Positions 52,446-64,000 of a DNA stretch of 64,000 nt are shown here, piece by piece. Below the pieces are notes generated by a model. It searched no databases and was not told the DNA's origin. It worked only from the letters and a program-made list of their open reading frames with translations. The number at the start of each line of letters is the position of its first letter. The first letter of the stretch is position 1. Origin of the DNA: Chiloscyllium plagiosum (lineage: Eukaryota); NCBI RefSeq assembly GCF_004010195.1, contig NC_057755.1:5935474-5999473 (forward strand). Direction: 5' to 3'. Position numbers and translations under genes: made by a program.

Positions 52446-52800
52446 TATCAAATCTTTCAGACATATGTTAGTGTCCAGCCCAGTCCAAAATGAACTGAAA
52501 GCCTGCAGCAATGGAGAGAAGCAAAGCAACATAAAGATGCAGAACAGGCGAAGTCTGCCATATTTCTTATCAGCATCTCTGGGTCGCTTGATATTTCAGT
52601 GGTTGATGTTGCTCATTATTTTTCGTTACACATTTAGAGAAGCATGTTACATAGACTCTGAAATAATATTGCAAACTTTTAGATTCATGCTCTTGAAATT
52701 GAAATTCTGGCAAATACAATTATTTATACAGCAGCTCAGTATACGTTCAGGGAGAAAATTAAGAATTTTTTGAATGTTCTCATAATTTACCCAATTAATA
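52446..52800 (+). pseudogene. GPR139-like GPCR 3' fragment (ICL3-TM7)
   Basis: RHMLVSSPVQNELKACSNGEKQS..MQNRR..FRYTFREACYIDSEIILQTFRFML parallels ELKTRSNGEKQSDPEMESR..FRYTLRGTDYIESTVILQNLGFM of copy 2. Confidence 0.8.
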
Positions 52801-52869
52801 AATAATAGTGGTTAGCACTGCTGCCTCACATCGCCATCTACCCGGGTTCAACTCCCGCTTCAGGCGAGG

Positions 52870-54095
52870 GATTATGCATGAACATGAGAGAAAATGTGTG
52901 CACAAGAGGAAGAAAGGTTATGAGGGTGAGAGAGTGTGCATGTAGAAATGAAGGTGCGCATGAACATGAGATACTGTGTGTGAGAGAGTACCTGCATGTG
53001 AAAGTCTGCATGTGTATTTGTGAGAAAGAACGTGTACGTGTGGGAGCCAGTATGTGCGAGAGAAAAATATATATGCCTGTGCAAGAGAGTGTTTTCAAGC
53101 ATGCATGCACAAGACAGTGTTTGCATGCAAGAGAGTATGTATGTAAGAATGTGTGTGCAAGCGAGAGTTTGTGCGTGCAAGAGTGTGAAGAAAGAGAGAG
53201 AGTGCATACAAGAGAGTGTGCACGTGCAAAAGAGAGTGTGTACATGCAAGAAAGCTTCTGTGTGTGGGCAAGAGAGACTGCAAGAGAGAGTGGGCATGTG
53301 GAAGGGTGTGCATGCGTGCTAGAGAGAATGTGCATGAAAGAGACAGTGTTTGTGTGTGTGAGGCCAATACCGCATAATCCTGCCCAAAGGAAAATAAAGA
53401 TTATGTGCAAGAAAGAAAGAGATTGCCGGTGTGCATGAGCGAAAGTGAATGTATATGCCTGAGAGTGCGTGGTGTCCGAGAGAGTGAGTGCGTGCATGAG
53501 TTTGAGAGAGACTGTGTGTGAGAGAGGGTGTATGTATGTGAGAGAGTATGTGAGAGGAAGTGGCTCAGAGGGTGGGCTTGGTTGTGTGTGTATGGGTGTG
53601 TGTATGCGAGTGAGTGTGAGTGAGCGTGAGGCACTGTGTGAGTGTGAGTGATAGTGATGTTTTTGGGGGTGTTTGTGTGAGAGAGCTCGAGAAAGTGAAA
53701 CAGTATATGCACACGTATGTGAGCGCACGTGTATGTGTGTGTGTGCGTGTGTGTGTGTGTGCGTGTGTGCATCATCCTGCGAGAGGGAGTGAATGAATGG
53801 GAGTGATGGACGCTGAATTCTTTGTGGATCACTGCTCGGACAGGGACACAATCACATGGATTACTCACAATCACCTTATAGCATGACAGCACTGTCACAG
53901 AAACTATGTGCACACACACGCATCCACACAGGTCTCACTCTCTCTCACAGACACAGACATACACACACAGGCTCGGTATCATTCTCCCTCTCACAGAATT
54001 AGACACACAACACACTCACACACACAGACAGACATCGTGTCTCCCTCTATCTCTCTATCTCTCACACACACAAACACACGCGCACACAGACTCGG
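52870..54095. repeat. Degenerate (TG/AG)n then (CA)n low-complexity region
   Basis: Direct read. Confidence 0.85.
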
Positions 54096-55779
54096 TGAAG
54101 AGAGTTGTGGGGTTCAAGCTATCTCTGCAATATTAACCACAAGGGGAGAGTTCAAGTTTGGGGTTGGGGAGATAAAGGAGCGAAAGGAAGGAGTGGGAGC
54201 TGTTACACATTCTGATCTGCAGATGTCACTGCCTCCTTTTCTCACTGCAACTCCCATCTCTACCTCCGTGTTCCCAACTCTCTCTGTCAATTCCCATCCC
54301 CGACATTCCCCTGCAGATTCCCTTCCTACACCTCTCTGGATCCTCGTTCATCTCCGGAACTGTTGAATTATTTACTCTCCCCACACTTTTCTCTGACTCT
54401 CACAAACCTGTGGGATCTTGTTGTGCCTGACTGAGGATGATTCTGCCTGTCTAATACCATCATTCACCGTGCCTTCCCATCTATCTGTTGCCAGCTGTTG
54501 TTCTCTTTCTCTCACTTTCTCTCTGTTCTTTGTCATTACCCTGGGTGTTTGGTTCTCTCTGCCGTATTTTATCCCTGGGCTTGACATTCTGTTTGTCCTC
54601 TGGTGATGCCCTCTGAGAGTCGGCATCAATAATTCATTATTTGAGGTTCCCCTGTCCTTTGTTGTCTCTTTCTGGCCTTTCTCTCTTTTCCTGGTGTCAC
54701 AATCAGCCTCTCCCTCTGACTCACTCAGCAGTTTCCTGTCCCCCCGCTATCTGTCCCTCATCTCTCTCGCGTTCTCTTCCCCTTACTACATGGCACTAAC
54801 GTCTCTCGATCCATCTCCTCCCTTTTTATTGTCCCTCAGCTCCTTTGATGTCTCTGTCCCCTCCCTGTTTGTCCCTCACCCCTCTCCCTTTTTCCCCTCG
54901 ATGTTAGCCACAAACCTGTCTCGCCTTTTCTGCCGTCTCTCTCTGGCCCTCATGTCTCTCCCATTCTCCCCCTCCATATCTGTTTCTCCTTCCCCTCCCC
55001 TCATTCTGTCCTGCTGTTCCTCTCACTCGAGTCGCTTTCACCATAGTACCATTTGATGCGGCACACGCTGGAAACACATTGGGATGTTGCTGTTCCCTGT
55101 GTCTCCCCTTGTTGTTCAATGCGGTGGGGAGAGAGGGTGTTGGAGGAGATAAAGCTCCTTTATCAATAACCATTGTGGGGGAGGTGCAGGAGAATGAAGA
55201 CACGCATTCGAAACGCCAGTGCAGACTGGTGATTGGGAAAAAGTTTTTTGATTGGTAAGGTTCGAAAATCTGAAGAGGGCAGAAAAACAGCGGGGACAAA
55301 ACGCGGGCAGTTAAAACCTTCCCACCACCCCACCACCCCTCCCCCATTTTGACTCCCCATAGTTCTGGGCAAAATTGGCCGAGCAAAATTGTTTGAGTGT
55401 GTATTCTGAGACGTACAATTTGGCTGGGGTGCGCAAAATTGTGAGACAGAAAATACTGGACATTACAAAGATTGGGACATCGAATATGGAGGGCAAATCT
55501 GTGGGGGAGATCCATTTATTTAAGGGAATGAAGCTAGCCCGAAGCCGCAATTAGAAAGTAGGGTGAGGAGGAAGGGAGGTGATTTGTCAGGGGGTGCAAA
55601 ACTTGGGACAGGTACAATTTCCCGGTGAATGTAATGAGGTGTGTAATTGGGGAAAGGGACATACTGGGGGAAGATCGGATAAAGCCATCTTCTCAGTGAA
55701 TGTGGGGAATGGTAAACCAAAACGGTGGAACAATTTCCCACGGCCAACGCACCCTAACCTGCACATCGCTGGATACAAT

Positions 55780-56030
55780 GAGGTAACAGCATGGGCAAGT
55801 AAGCACGCCAATCTACATGAACGCACATCCCTGAACACTATGGGACAATTTAGCACGGCCAATCCACCGTAACCTGCATATCTCTGGACCTTATAGAACA
55901 ATTTAGTGTGGCCAATCCACCCGAACTTGCACATTCCTGGACTATTGAGGAAAGCCACGCAGAGGCGAAGAGAATGCGCAAACACCACACAGACTTTCGC
56001 CCTCTGGTGGCAATCGAACCCGGGTGGTGG
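55780..56030 (-). mobile_element. V-SINE/HE1-like SINE with internal duplication
   Basis: caatttag..ggccaatccacc..c.tgca occurs twice, then gaggaaa.cc..gagaatgcgcaaa..cacacaga..aatcgaacccggg. Confidence 0.65.
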
Positions 56031-56164
56031 GAGCAAAAGGATGGGGAAGAAGTTCGGGTGGCGTCGGAGTTAGGATACCAGGGTGGCTGGGCAAGACAGA
56101 CAGGCAGAGGGAAAGAGAGACCGAGAGAAAGATAAATTAAAAAAAAATAAGAGAAAGAGAAAAG

Positions 56165-56714
56165 NNNNNNNNNNNNNNNNNNNNNNNNNNNNNNNNNNNN
56201 NNNNNNNNNNNNNNNNNNNNNNNNNNNNNNNNNNNNNNNNNNNNNNNNNNNNNNNNNNNNNNNNNNNNNNNNNNNNNNNNNNNNNNNNNNNNNNNNNNNN
56301 NNNNNNNNNNNNNNNNNNNNNNNNNNNNNNNNNNNNNNNNNNNNNNNNNNNNNNNNNNNNNNNNNNNNNNNNNNNNNNNNNNNNNNNNNNNNNNNNNNNN
56401 NNNNNNNNNNNNNNNNNNNNNNNNNNNNNNNNNNNNNNNNNNNNNNNNNNNNNNNNNNNNNNNNNNNNNNNNNNNNNNNNNNNNNNNNNNNNNNNNNNNN
56501 NNNNNNNNNNNNNNNNNNNNNNNNNNNNNNNNNNNNNNNNNNNNNNNNNNNNNNNNNNNNNNNNNNNNNNNNNNNNNNNNNNNNNNNNNNNNNNNNNNNN
56601 NNNNNNNNNNNNNNNNNNNNNNNNNNNNNNNNNNNNNNNNNNNNNNNNNNNNNNNNNNNNNNNNNNNNNNNNNNNNNNNNNNNNNNNNNNNNNNNNNNNN
56701 NNNNNNNNNNNNNN
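56165..56714. other. Assembly gap (N run)
   Basis: Ns. Confidence 1.
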
Positions 56715-57105
56715 GAGAGAGAGAGAAAAAGAGAGAGAGAACCACAGAGAGACAGAGATTGACACACACACACACACTTACACACACAGAGAAGCAGAAA
56801 AGACAAACAAAGGGAGAGAGAAAGAGAGCATAAGGCAGACAGGCAGAAAGGTGAATGAAAGCCAACACTGTCTATTCGCGATAAGGCAGTCATGTGCAGT
56901 GAAAGTGAAACAGAGACTGAAACGGACAGGGAAAGAGAGAAGGGGTGAAAGTGAGGGAGAGACAAAAATAAGGCAAGTAGAGAGAGTAAGGAGACAATCC
57001 TCACCACCCCAGCTGCTCCCGAAGCTCATGGTGTAACGCAACACATGGAGAGGTATGAAAACCAAACACATCATTCCAACTGCACCTAGCTCCCTCTCCC
57101 CATGA

Positions 57106-57143
<38 letters not shown>

Positions 57144-57272
57144 GCTTCAGTGATCAAATTCAAACACAGCCGACACACTCTCACTCACACACAGAGACGG
57201 ACTCAGAGAGATAGTAACTCACCGAACACACAGAGACAGACTCAGAGAGACAGCAACTCTCTTGATCCTCAC

Positions 57273-57345
57273 CTCTGGGCACTCCGCATGGCAAAAGGCT
57301 GATGCCTGCCTGGGGCAAGGTTTAAATATACCCAGGTCTGCCAAT
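57273..57345 (-). promoter_or_regulatory. Candidate core promoter and short first exon
   Basis: Minus strand: ATTGG (CCAAT box 57341-57345), TATATTTAAA (57330-57321), TCAG initiator-like with A at 57300, GCCATG at 57289, 17 coding nt, then AG|gtgag. Confidence 0.35.
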
Positions 57346-57804
57346 CAAACACCATCTCCTCCCAAATCACAAACCATCCAGTCAGCTTCAAGCTCTCGCT
57401 ACCTAGGTTACAGGGAGACTGGGAGAAAGCCGCAGGTCATTGGTTTATACAAGTGCTGTCCCTACCCCTCCACACACAGCTGATGGTTCAAACCCTGAGC
57501 CGACCCAGATACAGAGTCACAACACAAATTCACACGAGCGTTTTCCACAAGATTACCACAAGACGTTTGCACAACTTAACACGCAATTCTTTGTAATATT
57601 GAGACAACATTTGTGCCCATGTGAGCACGGGCTTATTGCACAAGTTAACGCAACATTTTTGTCCAGATTGATACAACATGTTATGACCAAAGTAACTCAA
57701 GTTTATTCCACATATTTACACATTATAATTGCTCAATGCAACACACTTTTGAGGATATTGATGCAACAGTTTTTTGCCCAAATGTGCACAAATTTATTGC
57801 AAAG

Positions 57805-58040
57805 TTTAGATTAGATTACATTACAGCGTGGAAACAGGCCCTGCGGCCCAACAAGTCCACACCGACCCGCCGAAGCGCAACCCACCCATACCCCTACATT
57901 TACCCCTTACCTAACACTATGGGAAATTTAGCATGGCCAATTCACCTGACCTGCACATCTTTGGAATGTGCAAACTCCACACAGTCTGAGGCGAGAATTG
58001 AATGCTGTGAGGCAGCAGTGCTAACCTCTGTGCCACCGTT
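57805..58040 (-). mobile_element. tRNA-derived V-SINE/HE1-like SINE
   Basis: Head GGTGGCACAGAGGTTAGCACTGCTGCCTCACAGC (A-box-like), LINE-like 3' tail (TCTAA)n. Confidence 0.85.
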
Positions 58041-59387
58041 CCGCCCAACTTTTTGCAAAGATTAATCAAACTACAATGAACCACTGAGGTCTGCAAGTTT
58101 GCTAAGTTAGCGTTTTATCAGAATGAGGAAATATCTTCTTTTGTTTTCTTTCTGTGCCACATTTGGTTCACTTCCTAAATCCGGCCATGAAATATTCATG
58201 GTGCAAAGACTCCCACGAAGCACATTGGGAAAACTTGATGCAAGTTGCGGCAGAAAATTTACTTAAAGTGTGATATCCCAGTGACAAATAAAATGAGCTG
58301 CAGGAAAGAGGAAACAGATTCACCAACTTCTGCCAGAAGGTGAAGCTGGAGGCTGGCGATCAATGAGAATCTGATGCCCCAGGCTGAGCCACAGACGCCC
58401 TCTGGAGTTCATCAGAAAAGCTGCAATTCCCATCACTGTAACAATCGAATTCTCTCCCCATCACACTTCCAGGACACAACTAGTCAACGCATGGCAAAGA
58501 CCTTTTGATCCCCCATAATGCATGCCCCTCTTTTGAAGGTTTCTTTAAATCTGAGCCTATCCTTGTCAGTACGAGTGGAGACAGCCTCCCATTCCATGAC
58601 ATCACGGCCTATTGTCTGTGTCAATGCCACTTGCCCAGTTACATTCATACTCTGCGATCTTACTAATGATCCCACGTTCCATTCCACCCTTGCACAGCTT
58701 TCACCCGTTTATAATGCAGAATCTATACAGCTCTGCCTTCAAACGTATCAATCCCTCCACTTTCAGTGACTTTACAGAAAGAAATTATAACAGACTCATG
58801 AACTGAGGGACGAAATTACTTATTCTCAATTCGGTCTTCCATGTGTTCCCCTTATATCCGCACAGAAACCAGGAGCTCTTGCAACTCACATACAAAGAGA
58901 TACCCCTTCCTTTTACAAACTGTCTTCATTTCAAAGGTCATTAATTCTTTTTATTCCAGGACTACGAAATCAGAATATAACATAAAGAAAATAACCTCGA
59001 AAAATGTCTAACAGTGTAGGAAAGCTTATATTTCCAGTGACAATAAAGCTACTTATAAGCCATGCTTCCCCAACGTTCCCATCACCAGAATTAGGTCAGC
59101 TCTATCTCTCTCTCACACACACACACATTGCCTGTCACTCTCTCTCTGTCTCTCTACCTCCCTTTCTCTGTGAATCTTCAATGTTCAATGGATCTGTCTC
59201 CAACTCCATTCCCTAGATAATTGTCACCTCACCAATATTCTGAACTTAACTCTGATTGTACAGTTGTTTGTATTTAGTTGAGTGCTGGAAACATGTGTGC
59301 ACACATACGCACAAAAGTACACACACATCTGTATACACACGCACACATGCATTCACATACACATACATACACATGCACAGACACATA

Positions 59388-60211
59388 TGTTTACATAAAC
59401 ATATACACACACAAAAGCACATATGCACACACATTTATCCACACATGCGCACACATACATGTACACACGTACACACATACGCACGCATGAATTCACACAC
59501 ATGTACACACATGAATCCCCTGACTCCTCGACTTCACAAAAATAGTGCCACAGCACAGTACAATGGAACAGATGGACACACTAGATAAAATGCAATTTCT
59601 GAGTAGCGCCATTTTACTTAGTGACAGTTAATGAATTGCACTCAAGACCACTAAACCCTGATGGATATTCACAAAGTACAACAGCAATGTGATGAACGCT
59701 TCTACTCCCAGTTGTGACACGGGTTTTGTAGAGCTACATGAAAAGATATTCCGAGGATTGTCAGACCTCAATGTTTCTGAACCAGTGGTTGTGCATTTCT
59801 GTTTACATAAACATATACACACACAAAAGCACATATGCACACACATTTATCCACACATGCGCACACATACATGTACACATGTACACACATACGCACACAT
59901 GAATTCACACACATGTACACACATGAATCCCCTGACTCCTCGACTTCACAAAAATAGTGCCACAGCACAGTACAATGGAACAGATGGGCACACTAGATAA
60001 AATGCATTTTCTGAGTAGCGCCATTTTACTTAGTGACAGTTAATGAATTGCACTCAAGACCACTAAACCCTGATGGATATTCACAAAGTACAACAGCAAT
60101 GTGATGAACGCTTCTACTCCCAGTTGTGACACGGGTTTTGTAGAGCTACATGAAAAGATATTCCGAGGATTGTCAGACCTCAATGTTTCTGAACCAGTGG
60201 TTGTGCATTTC
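59388..60211. repeat. Two-copy tandem duplication, 412-bp unit
   Basis: 59388-59799 versus 59800-60211; about 4 substitutions seen. Confidence 0.92.
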
Positions 60212-62107
60212 AGCACTGCAGGACAATGCTCCAAGGAAATAAATCAATATCAGGAAGTCTGTGAGCAACACACAGCGGTTTATTATAATCTAAAATGAGG
60301 ACCAAACGTTCATGGGAAAAAAACGACATTTCAACAAGCAAGTGCGTGCCTGAAGTGATCATGTAACACCATCAGATGTGGTTTCAGAATTTAAAGATCT
60401 GAAATGTTTACACTGATTTTCAAAGCAACCAAGATGCTGCAAGGATTATGCAGTACAATTTCCGGAGACCCTCAATAAGAACAGTTCTTGCTGCATTAAT
60501 AATGTGTTCCATCATTGTACAAGCAATCCGTCTGATTTCCGTCCAGTCGCAATAAAATCATAGAGCCAGTGACTGATACCTTGGTGGGATTTTATTAGTA
60601 ATATCAAATTTGCAACATTGGTTAACATTATATTGTCCAAATTTGTTTTAATAAAAGGCGGAAATCAGAATATGAACTTGACATAATTCCAGTTTCATTT
60701 AATCTATACTTGGCAACCAACCTCAGTAACACAACTCCAATCAACATTGAATGAAAAAAAACTCATTAATTATGTACTGTCACCATGTCAACTCAAGCAT
60801 CACGGACTGAACGATACAACTAATCGATGTTATCAGATCCTTCTATGAATGAGACCATTTAAACTTACACTGTCATTTTGGATGGATTCTCCTCAGGCCA
60901 TCTTCGTTTTCTCTGAAGTCAATCTGCCACAAGAAACTGTGAAAAATCAGTTCCATTAATCGAGGCAGTTAATTCACAGAATAACCGAAATTGTTCCAGA
61001 TTATAATGTGGGCATTCGGCCCATCGTGCTTTCTAATTGTACATCATCATCTTAATAATGACAATAGCAGTAAAATGCAACGAGAATAATATTCAACATG
61101 CCACAATGGTAAACTGAGAGGGAAATAAAATTAACAGTGAAGATTAAAATATAATTTCACTGAAACGAAAGGAAACGTTTGCATTTTGTGTATTTATATT
61201 CTGTACTTAATTGCTCTATTTCAAAAATACTTAATAAATAAAATATCATTATGGATATACTTAAACACTAAATAGGTTCAGTTCTTTACAGTTGCATACG
61301 AAGCAGTGGAGACACTGTGGAGTGTTATTCAATCCAGCTAAACAAACAAATATATTTCTGACTTGTACGAAATGCTATTTGCATGTATCTATTATGATCA
61401 ATGTTAATTGCATTTTGAAATTACATTAAAATATTGCTGACTGTTCAGTACTCTTGCACTGTAGTTGCCTGAGCTAATCTTAAGGACCAAAAGGTAACAG
61501 GTCGACCGAGTGTCAGAACAGTTGGAGGAGATTGCAACGAATATGAAATAATGCTTTCTGCACCATTGTTATACCAGAGCTGGATGATGTACGGGCAGAA
61601 CTGGAGATGGAAATGAAGGATTTGAAAGAGCGCTGATTCAGTGATTTATTCGTGATTGATCATTGTATTGGATGATGGCTGATTTCTATCACTTCAGATA
61701 TAGGATTGTAAAATTGTTTAAGGATATCTAAATGAAAGAAACTATTGCAGAGGCGGGGGAAAAGTGTCACTGCAAATATACTTACAATTATTTAAAATCC
61801 ATTCACTTCTGAAGATTTCTATAATTTTTAACTCTTGTTTTCCATTTATTATTGGCACATTTATGCAGACCTCATCTGCAAAGGTGAAAATCGCATTTGT
61901 GCTGGAGTGAACATTTCCAATGTTGACCTGTATGAGGTGCACTTAATTTTCTTCCCACCAAGCAATGTTTATTTGCGATGCCATCATAACTATGACCATA
62001 GTTTACTGCATCTAAGAAGAAGGATCAATCGGATTTTTATGAACTGGAAACGCCGTAAAATATTCGAGTGCGCTTTCAGATGTACAGCTTCTTCATTTAT
62101 TGGGAAA

Positions 62108-62981
62108 TTATGAAACCAGAGATATACAGACGTTCTTGATTTTCTCTGTAAACTTGAACTGAGTTACTGCATAAATACATTTGTTTGTGCAGCAACTTAA
62201 ATTCCGCAACATGATTCTGAAATTTCCAAGTATTATTTTAGATTCAGTGTAATCTATAACTCCAGTAGAGGAAAGAAAGGAGTTTATTACAAATATTAAA
62301 CATAGAACTATGAAACTACCAGATATGGGTGTCCTCTAAAATGGCCGCCTTCCTTCTGCTTTCCATCTCTGTGTTTTTTGTGTTTCTAACCACTTCTTTG
62401 AGCCTTCAACTCCTTATGGACTCTGCTGGATGCTAAAATGTGTCTGACAGTCAAAGCAGTGATCAACGGAATTAGAGCAAATGGAAGAAGTGGGTTTACA
62501 GCTTTAGCAAAATAATCATATCCAAACCATCTGCGATCAGTATTACAACTTGGTTTTGCAGAACAAAACCATGGTACATTGTTAACTATCTTCTAGGGCT
62601 CATAATTAAAATAGATGGGAACATTTTTCAGGCGAAGCAGAATGCAGGTTGTTGAAAGCACCACAGCTGCAATTTTCTCTGTGCAAAACAGTGCTCTTAT
62701 TTTATGGCAACAAACAGCTGCAAATTGATCAAAAGAGAAAGCCATGGTGAACCGAACAGAGAAATCTATGACTGTATCAAACAATGCATTGTGGACACTA
62801 CATGCAGGAGTGATGTCGAGGAAAAATTCTGGAGTTTCATAATAATAAACAACTTTTCTCAACATGACTTCAAGTATAATGACCAGAAGTTTTGCCATTG
62901 CCATCGCCACGGGATAGTGAATTGTGCACTTTTAAATGCCACAATATCCACGGGATAGAATCATAACTGCCAGAAAAATAG
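62108..62981 (-). pseudogene. GPR139-like GPCR pseudogene 6, exon 2 (exon 1 not seen in window)
   Basis: cacaagcag|CT ATT TTT CTG GCA GTT; ILSRGYCGI*KC; DITPACSVH..DFSVRFTMAFSFDQF; YEP*KIVNNVPWFC; PLLPF..ALTVRHILASSRV; SCCTNKCIYAVTQFKF. Confidence 0.88.
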
Positions 62982-64000
62982 CTGCTTGTGAAACAAAGGA
63001 AAAGACGATGGAAGTTAATCAGCAAACGTCTTTTTTATCTGACACGGTCAGTATAGAAATGTCGAAGCAATCTTAAGGTTTTTGCAGCTGTGAAATGTGA
63101 AATTTTCGATGCCAAAGCTAAAATGACTTCAGAATTACCAGGTTTTCAGGTAGCGGAGAGGTGTTGATTCCTCAAATACATGTGCCTTGTCTTGATCAGT
63201 GTCTGATTGAGATTGGGGAGAGTGCAGGCTAACACTCGAGTCATTATTTGAATTTTCAGAGATACAGTCACCTCTTAATCTGTTTGATCCTGATGGAATT
63301 GTTTCTCATTTAAAACTGAACTTCTTCACGGACTCCTGAGGGAATTAAGCTTTTTCTCCTTAAGCCTACACTCAATACCACTGTTCCTAGCATTACTGCC
63401 CAGTCATGGTTCACTCCTCTCTACATTTCGTACACAACTCCGAATCAGATGTTTTCCCTGAATGGATGGCTTTTCGCCTTCTTTCGATGCAACAGGTCTT
63501 TTCTAGTTATCAATCATGTGTCTCCATCCTCTGCCAGCATGAATGCCTGTGTGAGCTCATGAAATTGGAAAGAGGAGGAGGTGGTCCGGCCATTCGAACC
63601 TGAGTTATGTTCATGGCGATTCGAATTATCTCTAATTCCGTTCTAGCCCTAATCGCCAGTTACTCATTTATACAGCAGAATCAATCTAACTGTCTGAAAA
63701 AGACTGCATTCCTCTCCTTTTAGTGTATTTACAGCAAGAGAGTATACCAGACTAACGTTGAGATGAAAATTAGTGTTCTTCTCTATCTTGCATGCGTTTG
63801 GTCTTACACCTCGAAGAAGCCCCGTGCTATTGTGACTCCCACAAGATGAAAATATCCTTCCATTTGCAAAGTACCATCAGCATAACGTTCATCGTTTCCA
63901 TAACTTGTTTTCCCAAGATTTAGAAGGCAGACTAAATTACAACGGAAAGAATATTAAAAACCTCTCTGGTAGTGGGGGAAAAGCCAATTTTTCCAACTAA

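Noticed and set aside
52838..54366. 337-aa and other His/Thr/Cys/Val-rich ORFs
   Set aside because: Translations of TG/CA/GA low-complexity sequence; no domain
55850..57036. Long ORFs of 235-385 aa
   Set aside because: Span the second N gap and GA-rich simple repeats
57440..57814. 124-aa ORF over a faintly periodic CAA/TTG-rich tract
   Set aside because: Looks like a degenerate short-period repeat; no homology recognised

Overview
Repeat-dense, AT-rich vertebrate genomic DNA with two assembly gaps (25437-26383, 56165-56714). The mix of CR1-type LINEs, V-SINE/HE1-like SINEs and Penelope-like fragments suggests a cartilaginous fish (inference). The non-repetitive backbone is a tandem cluster of class A (rhodopsin-like) GPCR genes of the GPR139/GPR142-like type. 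I count six near-full exon-2 copies plus two partial copies, on both strands. They share a two-exon plan: a short exon 1 ending ..G-V-P with a phase-1 GT donor, and a ~870-nt exon 2 starting V-N-L-V-A-I. Every copy I can read carries stops or frameshifts, so this looks like a receptor birth-and-death array. Other notable items: two copies of a restructured Mutator (MULE) transposon with 9-bp TSDs whose TIRs contain transposase coding sequence; a Penelope-associated duplication of a GPCR exon; a TSD-flanked hairpin; several young tandem duplications; and a candidate TATA promoter/first exon near 57.3 kb. No intact protein-coding gene can be supported. Family names come from my motif recognition, not database searches; repeat boundaries are approximate unless a TSD is quoted.
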